Shown piece after piece: positions 11,180 through 24,731 of a stretch of DNA of 64,000 nucleotides. This DNA comes from the human T2T-CHM13v2.0 reference genome, Homo sapiens: NCBI RefSeq assembly GCF_009914755.1, contig NC_060928.1; one strand, 5' to 3'. The translations under genes were made by a program, and so were the position numbers. Under the pieces are notes generated by a model that saw nothing but the letters and a program-made list of their open reading frames with translations, was not told where the DNA came from and searched no databases. Numbering within the stretch: the first letter of the stretch is position 1; each line of letters starts with the position of its first letter.

Positions 11180-13300
11180 ACATATGAAGAAACTAAAATA
11201 GGATAACAGGTGGATAGTAACCAGAAGTGTAGAGGCAGGCATTCCCAATCAAATAAAATCTAGTGTAATATCACTGAGAAAAAAAAAAGGCGTTTAGTAG
11301 TTTTGAGAAATAGGAGGTAGGGGTGGGGTGGTCACTGTGGCTGTGGCTGAAATGTGCTGCTAGATGAAATGGATGGATGAAGCAAGGAAAGGTAGTAAAA
11401 GCCAGTTCAGTAGGGCCTCCTCAGATTTTATTCTGTTTTCCATGGAGAGCCACAAGAGAGGCATAAGCAGGAAGATTACATGATGTGCTCTGTGATTTAG
11501 AAAACAGAAAACCACGTGATGGCTGCTGAGCAATGAATGGACTACAGTGTTGGGAGTGGAAAAGCAGAAGAGAGCTGAGGATAAAGCCAGGGAAACCATT
11601 GATGGTCTGTTTCAGTAATCCAGGAGTTAGAGATTCAAAACTTGAAAGGACTGGAATTGGTGAGAAATGGTTGGATTCAGGATATAATTCAGCAATGGAA
11701 CTTGGACGACTTACGAATAGATTGGTTATAGGTTGTGAAGAGGAAAGATGACACTATGATGACTACTAAGGTAGGAATGCATGTTGATGCTATTTACTGT
11801 GGCAAGGAGACTTGGAGAACACATGTAGAGAGATAAATTAGTAGTTACATTTTGGACGGTTAAATCATTGAATGTCTTTTAGTTGGAGAGGCTATTCAAG
11901 GTTATAAGTCAAGGGAAAATGCTAGATTAGAATTTTTTAGTTAGGATTTATGGGCCAATGAATGGCATTTAAAAATAAGGAAACTGATGTGATTATTTAT
12001 GATGAAAAAAGTATGTTAGACAAGAAAGTGTTTCAGAACCAAGCCATGCTGTAACCTGACATTTAGAGGCCAGGCAATGGAGAAAGAAAGATTCAAGGAC
12101 AGTGACAAAGAACAGCAAGTAAAGGAGAAAGAAAATAAGCTTTAGGTAATATCAAAAAGTCTAGAGATTTCTGTATTTCAGGGGTTAAGAGTGGCAAACA
12201 CTAAACTGCTGAGGAGTTAAGAACACTAAATGTGGCTGGGCACAGTGGCTCATGCCTGTAATTCCAGAACTTTGGGAGGCCAACGCGGGTGGATCACGAG
12301 GTCAGGAGATCCAGACCATCCTGGCTAACACGGTGAAACCCCGTCTCTACTAAAAAAAAAAAAAAAAAAAAAAATAGCCAGGTGTGGTGGCGGGTGCCTG
12401 TAGTCCCAGCTACTAGGGAGGCTGAGGCAGGAGAATGGCGTGAACCCGGGAGGCGGAGCTTGCAGTGAGCCAAGATCACGCCACTGTACTTAGGCCTGGG
12501 TGACAGAGTGAGACTCTGTCACAAAAACAAAAACAAAAACAAACAAAAAAGAACACTAAATGTAAGCATGATCATTGATTTGGGCAAGATGTAGGTTATT
12601 GGTGACGTTTACTAATTCAGAAGAGTGTGCTGAAAAGTTAATGAAAAGTGAGGAAGTAAAAAGAGTAAGTGTAGACAGTTTTGTTGATATGTTTCCTATA
12701 AAGGAGAGAAGATAATTTGAGCAGGAGATTAGTGGAGGATTAAAAAAAAAGCAAAGTGTTTGATTTGTTCATTAGTGTATTTCTTTAAAATTAGTGATAC
12801 CGAGACATGTTTACGAACTGTGATTGGTAGAAAAGAATAAATTAACCATGTAGAAGAGAATGGGATAATTGAAGAAGTGAAGTCCTTTAGGGTACAACAG
12901 CATATGGGAACCAGGCCTCATATAGAAACAGGAGCACTTCATGATCACAAGAGGGATGACAGAGTACAAGCAGGTAGGTGAAACTGTCATTAAGTTAATT
13001 AATTGATGTGGTATTGTATGCATTTTTGTAGGAATTATGTAACAAATTCATCCACTGATACTAAATGGGGAAGACATTTTTTGAAATGTGTAGTCATTCT
13101 TGAGAATGGGAAAGGGAATTTCCTGAAGCAGTGATATGATTATCAAGCAGTATTGCTGTGAAATTAGCAGGCATGGCTCTGTAATTTTTCTCCAGTACCG
13201 TTGAGCTGCTGTGGATCAATGTGAATCAGCAGATGGCTCAGTATAAACAGTATTGGGCTTTCATCATTGAGTAAAAGGGAAAATGAGGGGCATGGGAGGC
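11180..13300 (-). mobile_element. L2 LINE remnant interrupted by AluY
   Basis: Purine-rich L2-type motifs (AGTAATCCAGGAGTTAGAGAT, GAGAAATGGTTGGATTCAGGATATA, ACATTTAGAGG); boundaries approximate. Confidence 0.6.
12234..12548 (+). mobile_element. AluY
   Basis: Y-type GAATGGCGTGAACCCGGGAGGCGGAGCTTGCAG; perfect 15-bp TSD AAGAACACTAAATGT at 12219-12233 and 12549-12563. Confidence 0.97.
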
Positions 13301-13475
13301 CGAGATATTTGCAAAGGCAGTAGAGATCCTCTTCGTTGCATTTCTTCCTTAACCTTACTGTTTTTCTCTTCTGCCCATGAGGTGTCAGTTAGAAGATCAC
13401 TGACTCTGTAATTCTGCAGCCAGTAGACCGTAATATGATGAATCTTTACTGAACATATTGCTATGTCATGACCCC

Positions 13476-13868
13476 CGTTATGGAAAAATGTGCCTCCTCA
13501 AATTCACATGTCAAAGCCCTAGCACCCAGTGTAGCTGTATTTGGAGATGAGAACTCTACAGAAGCAATTAAAGTTAAATGAGGCCTTAAGGGAGGACCCC
13601 TGATCTGATAGAATTAGTGTCTCTATGAGAAAAGACACCACAGAGCTTCCTTTCTCTCTCCCTGTGCACACACTGAGGAAAGTCCACGCAAAACCATAAC
13701 AAGGAGGTGTATGTCCACAAGCCAAGAAAAGAACCCTTGCCAGAAATGAATTAACCAGCATCTTGATAATGAATGTCCAGCTTCCGAAATCATGAGAAAA
13801 TAAATTTCTGTAGTTTAAGACACTCAAGTCTGCAGCATTTTGTTATGGCAGCCTGAGCTGACAAACAC
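13476..13868 (+). mobile_element. MLT1A/B-like MaLR solo LTR
   Basis: AAATTCACATGTCAAAGCCCTA...GTATTTGGAGATG...ATTAAAGTTAAATGAGG...GAAAATAAATTTCTG...TTTGTTATGGCAGCCTGAGCTGAC. Confidence 0.85.
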
Positions 13869-14374
13869 AGTCCCTTTTTCTCTTCTCTCCCAGAAAGGTC
13901 AAAAAGGGTATTTGAGATGGTACCATAACTTGTAGGAGGAAAGCTGAGTTGGCAAAATTTTACAGCATTTCTTTTTGTTATTTTTTCACTGAATCTATTA
14001 AAAAAGAGGAAATGGAGCAAAGTTTGAAAACTTTTGATAAAGCTTTTATCCCCCGCCAAAGGTAGTTATCTCCATTTAACAGGTGAGAAAACAAGAGCCT
14101 TAGGAAGGTTATAAAATTTGATTAAAGTTATGTGTTGACAACAAAAAACTGAAGTAATGTGTCAGGGGTCTGGGAAATCTTTAAACATGACAGGATTAAA
14201 GCTTATGCTAACTAGCAATACTAAGATTTTACAGGTAAAATAAAGACAGTTGCAAACATCTCAATTTGAGCAAGCCTCTTGGCATTTCTGTGGGTTAATG
14301 AGTTAAACAGACGGCCAAGGTGAACACCATATCAGCAAATGGGGCATTGTGTAGTCAGGAATGCGTAATTGCCA

Positions 14375-15345
<971 letters not shown>

Positions 15346-15911
15346 CAACTTCTTGAAGTTAGAGTCAGACATGAACTTACTTGGCCATCTGGAGGACTGT
15401 GCCAATAACTTCACAGTTCGACTAACTCTCCATAGACTTAAGAATGCTTGAGTTAGATGTCAGGAAAAAATAAAATATTAGTTCAATTTAGATTACACTT
15501 TTCTGCAGCATATCCAAGTAGCAATATGTAGAAAGCAGTACTAAAGAATTAATATATCCAATTCTTGAGTTCAAGACAGAGACCCCAGGGATGTGAATTT
15601 GGTTGTCTATAAAACATAAATTATATTTGGAAACTTATGGGAATGGCAACATTCAAGACAAAATTATGAAGAAACAGTTACCTAATTACTTTCAGAGGTT
15701 CATTCTGTCACATGAGAGGTGAACCAGTGTTTCATTACAAAAAAAAAATGTAGCATGGCTAAATAAATTTTAGAAATTAAAAAGATAGTACTTGATCTTT
15801 TAGAGATTCATAATGAATACTAGTGGATTATATGTTCTGAAAAGCTGTTCTCTAATGTTTAACTTTGGTTCTTTGTTTGAAAATATGACTTTGGAAACAT
15901 AGTTATTAAAT

Positions 15912-16066
15912 ATTATGTTATTTTGCTAAGGCTACCATAACAAATTAATTTCCTCACAGTTCTGGAGGCTAGAAACCCGAGATCAAGGTATTAGCAGGTT
16001 GGCTTTTTCTAAGGGCCTCTCTCCTTGGCTTGTAGATGGTCACCTTCTTCTTGTTTCTTCACATGT
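15912..16066 (-). mobile_element. MLT1 LTR fragment
   Basis: CTCACAGTTCTGGAGGCTAGAAACCCGAGATCAAGGT...CTCTCCTTGGCTTGTAGATGG. Confidence 0.75.
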
Positions 16067-17167
16067 AATATATTGAGAGATACAGGGGAAAGGGTGTAGA
16101 GAACACATATTTTCAAAGCATATGCTCTTTTTCTTTTCTATTATCATTACAAATAAGGGTTAGCTATTGTATTTATCTGGAAATACTACTTAAAACAATT
16201 GCTTTGGTGATAATAATTATAGCAACAGAAAACTCTAAATTACAATTTTTTATCACCCTCAGGTACAATGACATTCATTTAAATTCTGGTCTACAAACCA
16301 ATGATTGTGTAACAGTTTCCTTCTGCTTAGTTACTGTGTTCATTTGTTGTCCAGAGTACTACTAAAACTAATGCTAATGTAGTCTTCCAGCAATACAGTT
16401 TCCTTTAAACAATGGAATCAGGAAAACCTCCAGAGAAGTTTGAATCATAATTATTGCCCTTATGTAATGTTCTTCATAATACCTACCTTAACTCCCCTCC
16501 AAATTTTTTACTTCAGAATAATCAGTACTTATCTCCTATGCAAAGCTGCAAGGTCTTGAGGATGTGATCTGAGTCTTATGTATAGTTACATCCATTACTA
16601 TAATAAATATTCACTGTTAAGTAAATAAATACAAAATATTGGCAATTGAACTTTTTCTATCTTCAAGTCATCCACACCTTGTTGTGAAGACTGACTCATA
16701 ATAACCCATGTAAGGAATATCAGAACATCATGATGAAATAATTTTAGGTTTCTGATTTTAAAAATATAAGCTTGATGTAAAGGTTAAGGAGAATTCCTAC
16801 CTTATACATTTAATATAATTAGATGGAGAAGGAACATAATTGTGATGGAAATAGTTGAAAAAAATTGAATGTGTATATATAGATGTATATATATATGTTC
16901 AGAAAAATAGATGATTTTGTGTTATATTTTCAACTCACATAAAGTATATGAATAAAACTGCCTGATTTAGAGCATGGAGCTGCAAGTCAAATGAGAATAA
17001 TTTGTTATTAGTTAACTAGGGAATCATTGACAGTTGACACACAGGTGAATTTAAAGAACAGTTATAGTGTTAATTAAAACTAATGAGGACTTATTTTTTT
17101 AAAAGGTGATGTTTGAAGTAGGAGTTATCCAAATCAGGTGATGGAACTGATTGATCTATTAATAGAC

Positions 17168-17480
17168 TGAATGAATCATTCATTTGTTCATTCAAAAATA
17201 TTTAATGAGAGAATTCTAGGAAGTGGAGACTGGAGATGTAGCAGGAATCAAAAAGATGAGATTCTTACCCTCACATAATTTATATCTGATTGGGCCAATT
17301 AATAAGACAATTAAAAATATTACTTGTTGGGAAGGCAATAAACAAATGGATTATATAAGTATTTATTTGGTGAAAGATATTCTAGACAAGTAGTCAGAAG
17401 GAGCACTCTGTGAAAGTGACATTTATTTGATCTCAGAAAGCAAAATAGTGAGCCTCATGAAGATTTTGAAGAAGGGAATT
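17168..17480 (-). mobile_element. L2 3' end
   Basis: ATTCATTTGTTCATTCAAAAATATTTAATGAG then typical L2 body. Confidence 0.6.
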
Positions 17481-17559
17481 GATTGAACTGGTATGTAAAC
17501 ACTACCTCTCTATGACTGTGAATCAGATGTTTACCACGCGGAAAAGGAAAATTGTCACT

Positions 17560-17950
17560 ATCAAAAATGACCAACTTATGCAGTTAAACAACAAAACAGA
17601 ACCAAAACACACACACACAAGAACGTCTCATCAGGATAAAATACTAAGCATTTATTTAGCTCAGAATTCTGTGAATTCTGGGTCAATGGATCTAGGCTGG
17701 ATTTGGTTCAGAGGTAGGCTCTGCTCCACCTGTCCCTCCTCTTCCTGGGACCAGCAGGTGAGGCTAAGCATGTTTTTATGATGACCTCGACAGAAAAGCA
17801 AATGAGTAAACAAACATTCACAAGCACGTTGCAAATTTAATCCCTGCTGTGTCTGAAGACGTCCTGTTATCCAAAGTCACTCATGTTGTGAAACCCAATG
17901 TCTAGGATTGAGTAAGTATACTCCTCCCGTGGGGATGTATGAATAGTTCT
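17560..17950 (-). mobile_element. Old MLT1-type LTR
   Basis: AAGCATTTATTTAGCTCA...TCTGGGTC...GGGACCAGCAGG...GCATGTT...CCAAAGTCAC. Confidence 0.5.
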
Positions 17951-19336
17951 GAGAACAAAAATAAAAGTTTGAGCATCCTTTGGCACTTAAAGGTAGTCCA
18001 TATGTACCTTTTATCCTACCTTCACTACTTCTGATTTTTTTTTCTTATCAATGTAAACGCACATAGATTGTAGCCACAAGGGAAGCAGGAGTGACCACAT
18101 GAAGCCATAGCCACCGGCACAAACAGAAGATGGGGCACAAATAGACCAGCCCTATTCTCAGTACTGAATAGACTGCAAGAACATAGCATTTTCTTTACCA
18201 GTGTAATAATTGGTCCAAACTAGGTGTTCTAGAGGCCTCAAATTTTTAATTTGTAACATAGTTTAAATTTATATTGAGGAACTCCCTGACTTATTCTGAC
18301 TTAGTTATTATTTCTTCATTTAGTAATAAGAAACTGTTATTCACCAAGTATTCTAAAGTATCATTGGCTTTGAACAGAAAAATAGATAATTTTATGTTAT
18401 ATTTTCAGCTCACATAAAATCTGTAATTTAATTGGTGAACTTTTGAACAGTTTATAACAGCTGAAATTATTAATTGCTAATATTGATATTTTTGCAGCTA
18501 TAAGGAGGCTAATGTGGACATAAGTTGTAAAGTTGCATGCTCAATAAGTTTATGGCTTTAAAATCTAAGAGTTAATGAATGCTATAATAGGTTAGTGAAG
18601 ATGATGTACAACTCCAAATATTAAATGATTAAGTAGTGTTCTCTTTTTTAAGGCTGCAAAATCTCAATGGAGTTGTAAGCCAATGTTACTCAACACTCAG
18701 GAATCAAGTTTAATATATGGAAAATAAAGCTATATTAGTAGATCATTTCTAAGGCTGTCGTTAAGGTAATTTTTAGCTCTGAAGACTATTCCAAGTCTCA
18801 TTGTAGGAATCCAGACCTGAAAAAAGTAGACAGTGGAAGTACCAATTAAAGCCACAAGAGGGTAGTCTTCCCACAATGAAAGCAGTAATATGTTTTTGTT
18901 TCCCTTATGTCAGCATTACATTATTAAAATTCAAATTTTAGAGGCCGTCCATTGAAGGCAGAATTTATGACCTATAATTTTTATAGCCACAAGTATTTAA
19001 AACTGTTTTAAGATGGACTAACATAAAAAATAAGTGGAGATGAACCATGATATATTAGTAAGCAAAACATGCTGTTTGAGTAGTTATGATTTTGTCTGGA
19101 TAAGTAATATTTTTTAGGTGTAACCAGTTTTCAAAGAATAGTGTATCTGTGGAATGTGTGAAGAAAAACAGGATGCTCTTGAACCATACGTAGATTCTTT
19201 AATTTTGAGTAACAGAATAGCCTCTCTTTAGAATAATCCTCCAAATTTTCTCTTATTTTTTTACTGACTGTGAAAGGTTTTGCCTTTCATTCTGTTCAAG
19301 TGCTTGGCTAAAAATATTTAACAAGGTATGTACTAA

Positions 19337-19677
<341 letters not shown>

Positions 19678-21164
19678 TAGCAGTGCAGTGTGTGAAAGAT
19701 CTTTTGCAGTATAAAAGAGGAGACAAGAATTCTCATCCCAAGTTTGTTACTAATTAACCAAGCAGTATAATTGACAGAAACCAATATATTCTCAGTTACT
19801 CTCTCAGTTGTTTGAAATGTAAAACAAAGAGTTTGAGGAGGTATACTCGGAGATGTTTCTTTGACTTTCCCGCCATTCTTTCCCCTAACATTGGTATATC
19901 CTCTTTATGAAGAAAACCGTAAAGAACAAGAGTTAATTCATGCTGCATCTGATTCATCTCTGAGCTAGCATTGCTTTGATCAAGGTACTGTTTCTTTGCG
20001 GAGTAGATTTAAATGCCAACTGATTTCAAACCAGTAGTGCTTTAAAGCCCCTTTGCTTGTCTTATTTTTTCACTGCTCCTTAAATTTCTCGTTCAAACCG
20101 TGAAAGTACATATGAATCAGGACTTTAGATCAAAGGTAAAATAAGTGTTTCATAACTGCTTTCTTCGTAGCTCAGAAACTATCCCATGGATTGTATTTAG
20201 TAAGAGTAAATTTATGTTATAATCTATTATGCCAGTCCTTGCTCAAAGTCTACAGTTAGCACACTAAATAATGAATTTCTTTTTGTGAAAAGTTGAGTAA
20301 GAAACTGCCCATGGGGGGCTATCTGGTAGTGATATTGAACAACCCTATTTGCTGAGGGTCAAGGCAACCATTTCCATGAGTGTTCTTTTTATCAGCAGGT
20401 GTGATGACAACAAAAGACAATTCAACAATGACCTTTCCCACTCTAAGGAACATGATTCTTCAGTCAAGGATGTGCAAATAGCTGTGGTCCTTGACTGGAG
20501 CTTCAAAACAGTATCTCAAACTCAATTCTAATTAGCTATAAAACAGCTATTTATCTGGCAATTATGTTGTTACACAGGTGTGTTGCTGCTGGAAGAACCA
20601 TTCCACCACTCAGCTCAACAATGTGCATATGTTCATCTTGTTTGACTTGGTTTATGATTATATGCCGTAGTGCTGCCAAATAAATTGTTTTCAAAATGTT
20701 AACTACCTTATGCAGAAGATTGGTTTGCTATCATTTTAGTATATGACTTTGCTTCATTCATTAGATCATTTCTGTCCTTTAAATTTTCCCAAACACAAAA
20801 CTGAACAGAATTCCAATCCCTCACTCCCTGTGTGGTGAATCTGAGTGTAAAAGTGGATAGAATGAACCATTCTTTACAAGATAAAAATTTAGCTTCTCCC
20901 CATTCCTCTTATTGCTTAAGGCTAAAGAGGCAGAGAAAATAAAGTTAACAGAAGGAATATAGGGATGTAGCATATCAGGCAGGTGGCTAAAGCAATTCTA
21001 CAACACTTTATGGATTCATAGAACAAGAAATTGATGCAAATGACCAGGGATTTAGATGCCTCTGCCTCACTGACAATAGCATTGTTAGGTGGTGGTACTA
21101 TTGCAATCACTTTCAGCTATTTTTCTTACCAACAGGCAAAGGACTAAATAAAGCATGCAGGCAG

Positions 21165-21365
21165 GGAACTAATATTTACTTAATCCTAACTATATGCCAG
21201 ATGCTCACTCAGAGCCTCAAAACAAGCCTGAAAGGCTGATGTCATTATTTCCATTGTTCAAATGAGGAAACAAGGACTTAGAGAAATTGAATAATTTGTC
21301 AGAGTTCACATACCTCATTAGTGCCAAGGCATGAATTTCAACCCAAGTATGTGTTATTCAAAGAT
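21165..21365 (-). mobile_element. MIR
   Basis: ATTATTTCCATTGTTCAAATGAGGAAACAAGGACTTAGAGAAATTGAATAATTTGTC core. Confidence 0.7.
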
Positions 21366-24300
21366 CAAGTATTTAAAATCGTTTTTCAAGTATTCTAAGT
21401 TCCTTCTCAGAAATTAAGGAAAAACAAAGCCTCCCTGATTTACTTTTATCTTTTCTATACCATATTTCTTGGTCTAGAAGTCTTCAGTGACATTTTTCTC
21501 TTGTTACTGAAGCGAATAGCAAATTCTTTGTCTGTGAAAATTGTTGTTAAATCACCTAACCTATTTCAACAAGGCCTCTTTTTCAATAGCATATTTCTCT
21601 TTTTTTCTCTTGCCAGGGAAAATAAAAAATGTTTCATGAATATTCAGAAAGAGATGTTCTGATAGCTACTAGCAGTCACCTATAATGCAATATTGAATGA
21701 AAACAAGGACTTACAGCATTGTGAAAATAAACTGAAACTGTGGGAAAAAAAACAAAAGATACACAATACATTGTATTGGTATTCAGAATGCCTATAGTCC
21801 TTTGGCTCAATTCTCATAGATGCATAAAATCATATTTCAAATCAGCACATTAAAATTCTCTGACTTAGACAATATATCTTTATCAAAAATCTTTTAGTAA
21901 CAAACTTTAAAGGACACTCTGGATATAATAGCAAAAATCTGACATTTTCTAAGTCCATTTGATATTATCTTCTTCAAAAAGCAATAAAGAGTAATCATAA
22001 CAAAAATATAAAGCCATTAATAAGATTTAATGTAATAAAAAAATACACATGTGTCAGAGAAAATGAGAACGAACATCAGTAAATTCAGAGCTCTTCATTT
22101 TAGCTAGTGCCTCAGAAGGATGTTCCTCTCAATGACAGCTTGCATTTCACTTGCACATTTGAAAAAAAAAAAGATGTTTACATTTTAGGAAAATGGGATA
22201 AATACATTCATATTCTCTTAAACATATTTTCATACTTTTAATGAAAACCAAATGTATTATAGATAGAATAGATTTGGAAAATATTGTTTTCAATTCTGAA
22301 CACAGTAAGTAAGAAGTTAAAGCATTTTCAATGCTTCTTCAAAGATTATTTTTTCCCAAAAGTTTGGTAACAATAAGTCTTCTTTATATTCACCAATCAG
22401 CAATTACCTCTACCTCTTGAAACAGGTCAGTTTTCCAAAGAATTTTTGTCTGACTATTCAAAACATATTGAGTAAATTATATGCTGTCACTAAACATACA
22501 CATATATATAAACAAACACACACAAACATATGTTTAGGTTTGTCACTTGATAGTATAAAGGCTTGACATTCAACCTACCTTATACCTGAGTAATTAGAGA
22601 ATTTTGAACCATTTTTTCCTGAGTCCTGGGATTTTAAAATCTCCTCAGGTGATTCTAATATGCCACCCACATTGTGTAGCACTACTTAACCCTTGTGTTC
22701 TTTAGCAATCAATTCTCTATTGACTCCCATGGCAACTGAGCTCATCCATTTCAGAGGCTGCAGGTGAAAACTGTCCCGGACCTTCCCTAAGGTCCAGTCA
22801 ATAGCTGAGGAGATGCCACACTGTCCACCTACACTATATGACAGTGGTTAGATTGGCCAATGAATGACTGAGTAACCCTCTTAGAGTTGGAGGCTTTTAT
22901 TCCTGCGGAAACAAGGAAAGGATCCAAAATACCTGGTTTACTCCGTTCCACATCTGTTCCAGTGTCTCTCATCCCTATAATTTTGTCTCATACTTTAATT
23001 GGATTCTGTCGTAGAATTTATCAAAAATTCCAATTGTTTTACTCATCTTCCTGTCATATTGGATGTTCTCTCTTATGATACAATATAATCCATAAAAGCA
23101 ACCACATTTTTTTTTCAATTCCTGATGCCTTCAGATGTTGCCAAGAACACAGTAGGCCTCCAGTGAGCACATTTTGTTTTCATAAATGAATGATTACATA
23201 AAAGGGTTGCAAAGAAAGAGACATTAGGACATTAGGATAGGTGGCCTCCCGGAAGAGCAAGGTCTTCTGATTTCCTTCCCATGAATGCATTAGGTAATAG
23301 GAGTGTGCAGCAGTGACAGGAAGGAGTTTGCTCAGGAAGGCCCTGACGGTATCCACTGCTCTCACAGCTGGGACCTCAGCCCATGTTAAGGGGTCTTGAG
23401 AATCATATTTTAAATTTTAACGTGTGTCCTTTTAATGTACTCTAATTTAAACAGCAGGTGGTTGAGGCTATTACTTTTGCCTTAGGAAAGTTCATGAAGT
23501 GAAAGAGTCAATCATGTAGGTCAAACACTAAGATCAAAACATAATCCTTTAGCATCTCCCCAGGCAGTTGGAATACAGGCTCAGGATTTTCAGCAGACCA
23601 TCCCCATGGATCACACTATGAAAAATATGGGTATATTTCTGGGAATTTTAAACAAGATCTATTGTTTTTAATATCCCTAAACATAATATATGGACGGAAT
23701 TTTTAAAGAATCATATACAGTAGGATATAAGCAGTAGGTGGTATGGGTCTGTTGTATAAGTGTGCACGTGTGTGTGTGCATGTGTGGGTGTGCATGTCTG
23801 TCGGTGTATGAGTTTACTAATATATATAAATAATTGTTTTATTTGCTGTATGTATATATTAATATGTTTGTGTACAATATATATAATTGGCTTTGATATA
23901 CTACGTATTCTGACACATTACACGTTTATTCATATTGTACAAACAAGGAAATTAAACGTACAAATGCTTAAATATGCTATTTAATGTCACAACAAAGAGG
24001 AGTAAAAAAAATTTGTTCAAAATCACAATTATAGTCTTATTGCTGTTATTTTATAGTCCTTTTCTTTAAAATTATGCAGAAAAATTACCCAAAATATATT
24101 TCATCAAGAAAATATGTCAAATCTTGCATTGACAAACAATAGGATACATAATTTCACTGCCTATCAATCAACATAGCCCAGTATCTAGAAGTAAATCGAG
24201 AAAACAATCATTTTAGGCTTAATCTTATTTGTATAAAGAAATATTCACTAACAAAAATATTTTAAACTCTCATGTAGTATTTATTTTGTAGTATCTTATA

Positions 24301-24426
24301 TATTAGAAAAAATTTGTTTATTATATTAGAATATACAAAATTAAATAAACTAGGGATTATTTTTCTGTTAAAGAAAACCTAATGACTTCTTGTGTGGTTT
24401 TTGCAACTTGGTGTTATATTCGTCAC

Positions 24427-24731
24427 TTTTTTTTTTTTTTTTTTTTTTTGAGACGGAGTCTTGCTCTGTCACCTAGGCTGGAGTGCAGTGGCACAATCCT
24501 GGCTCACTGCAACCTCCGCCCCCCCGGGTTCAAGCGATTCTCCTGCCTCAGCCTCCCGAGTAGCTGGGACTACAGGCGCTTGCCACCACTCCCAGCTAAT
24601 GTTTTGTATTTCTGGTAGAGATGGGGTTTCACCGTGTTAGCCAGGATGGTCTCAATCTCCTGACCTCGTGATCTGCCCGCCTCAGCCTCCCAAAGTGCTG
24701 GGATTACAGGCGTGAGCTACCATGCCTGGCC
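24427..24731 (-). mobile_element. AluSc/AluY-type
   Basis: CCGTGTTAGCCAGGATGGTCTC...CCTGACCTCGTGATC; degenerate TSD TATTCGTCACTTTT / TATTTGTTACTTTT. Confidence 0.95.
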
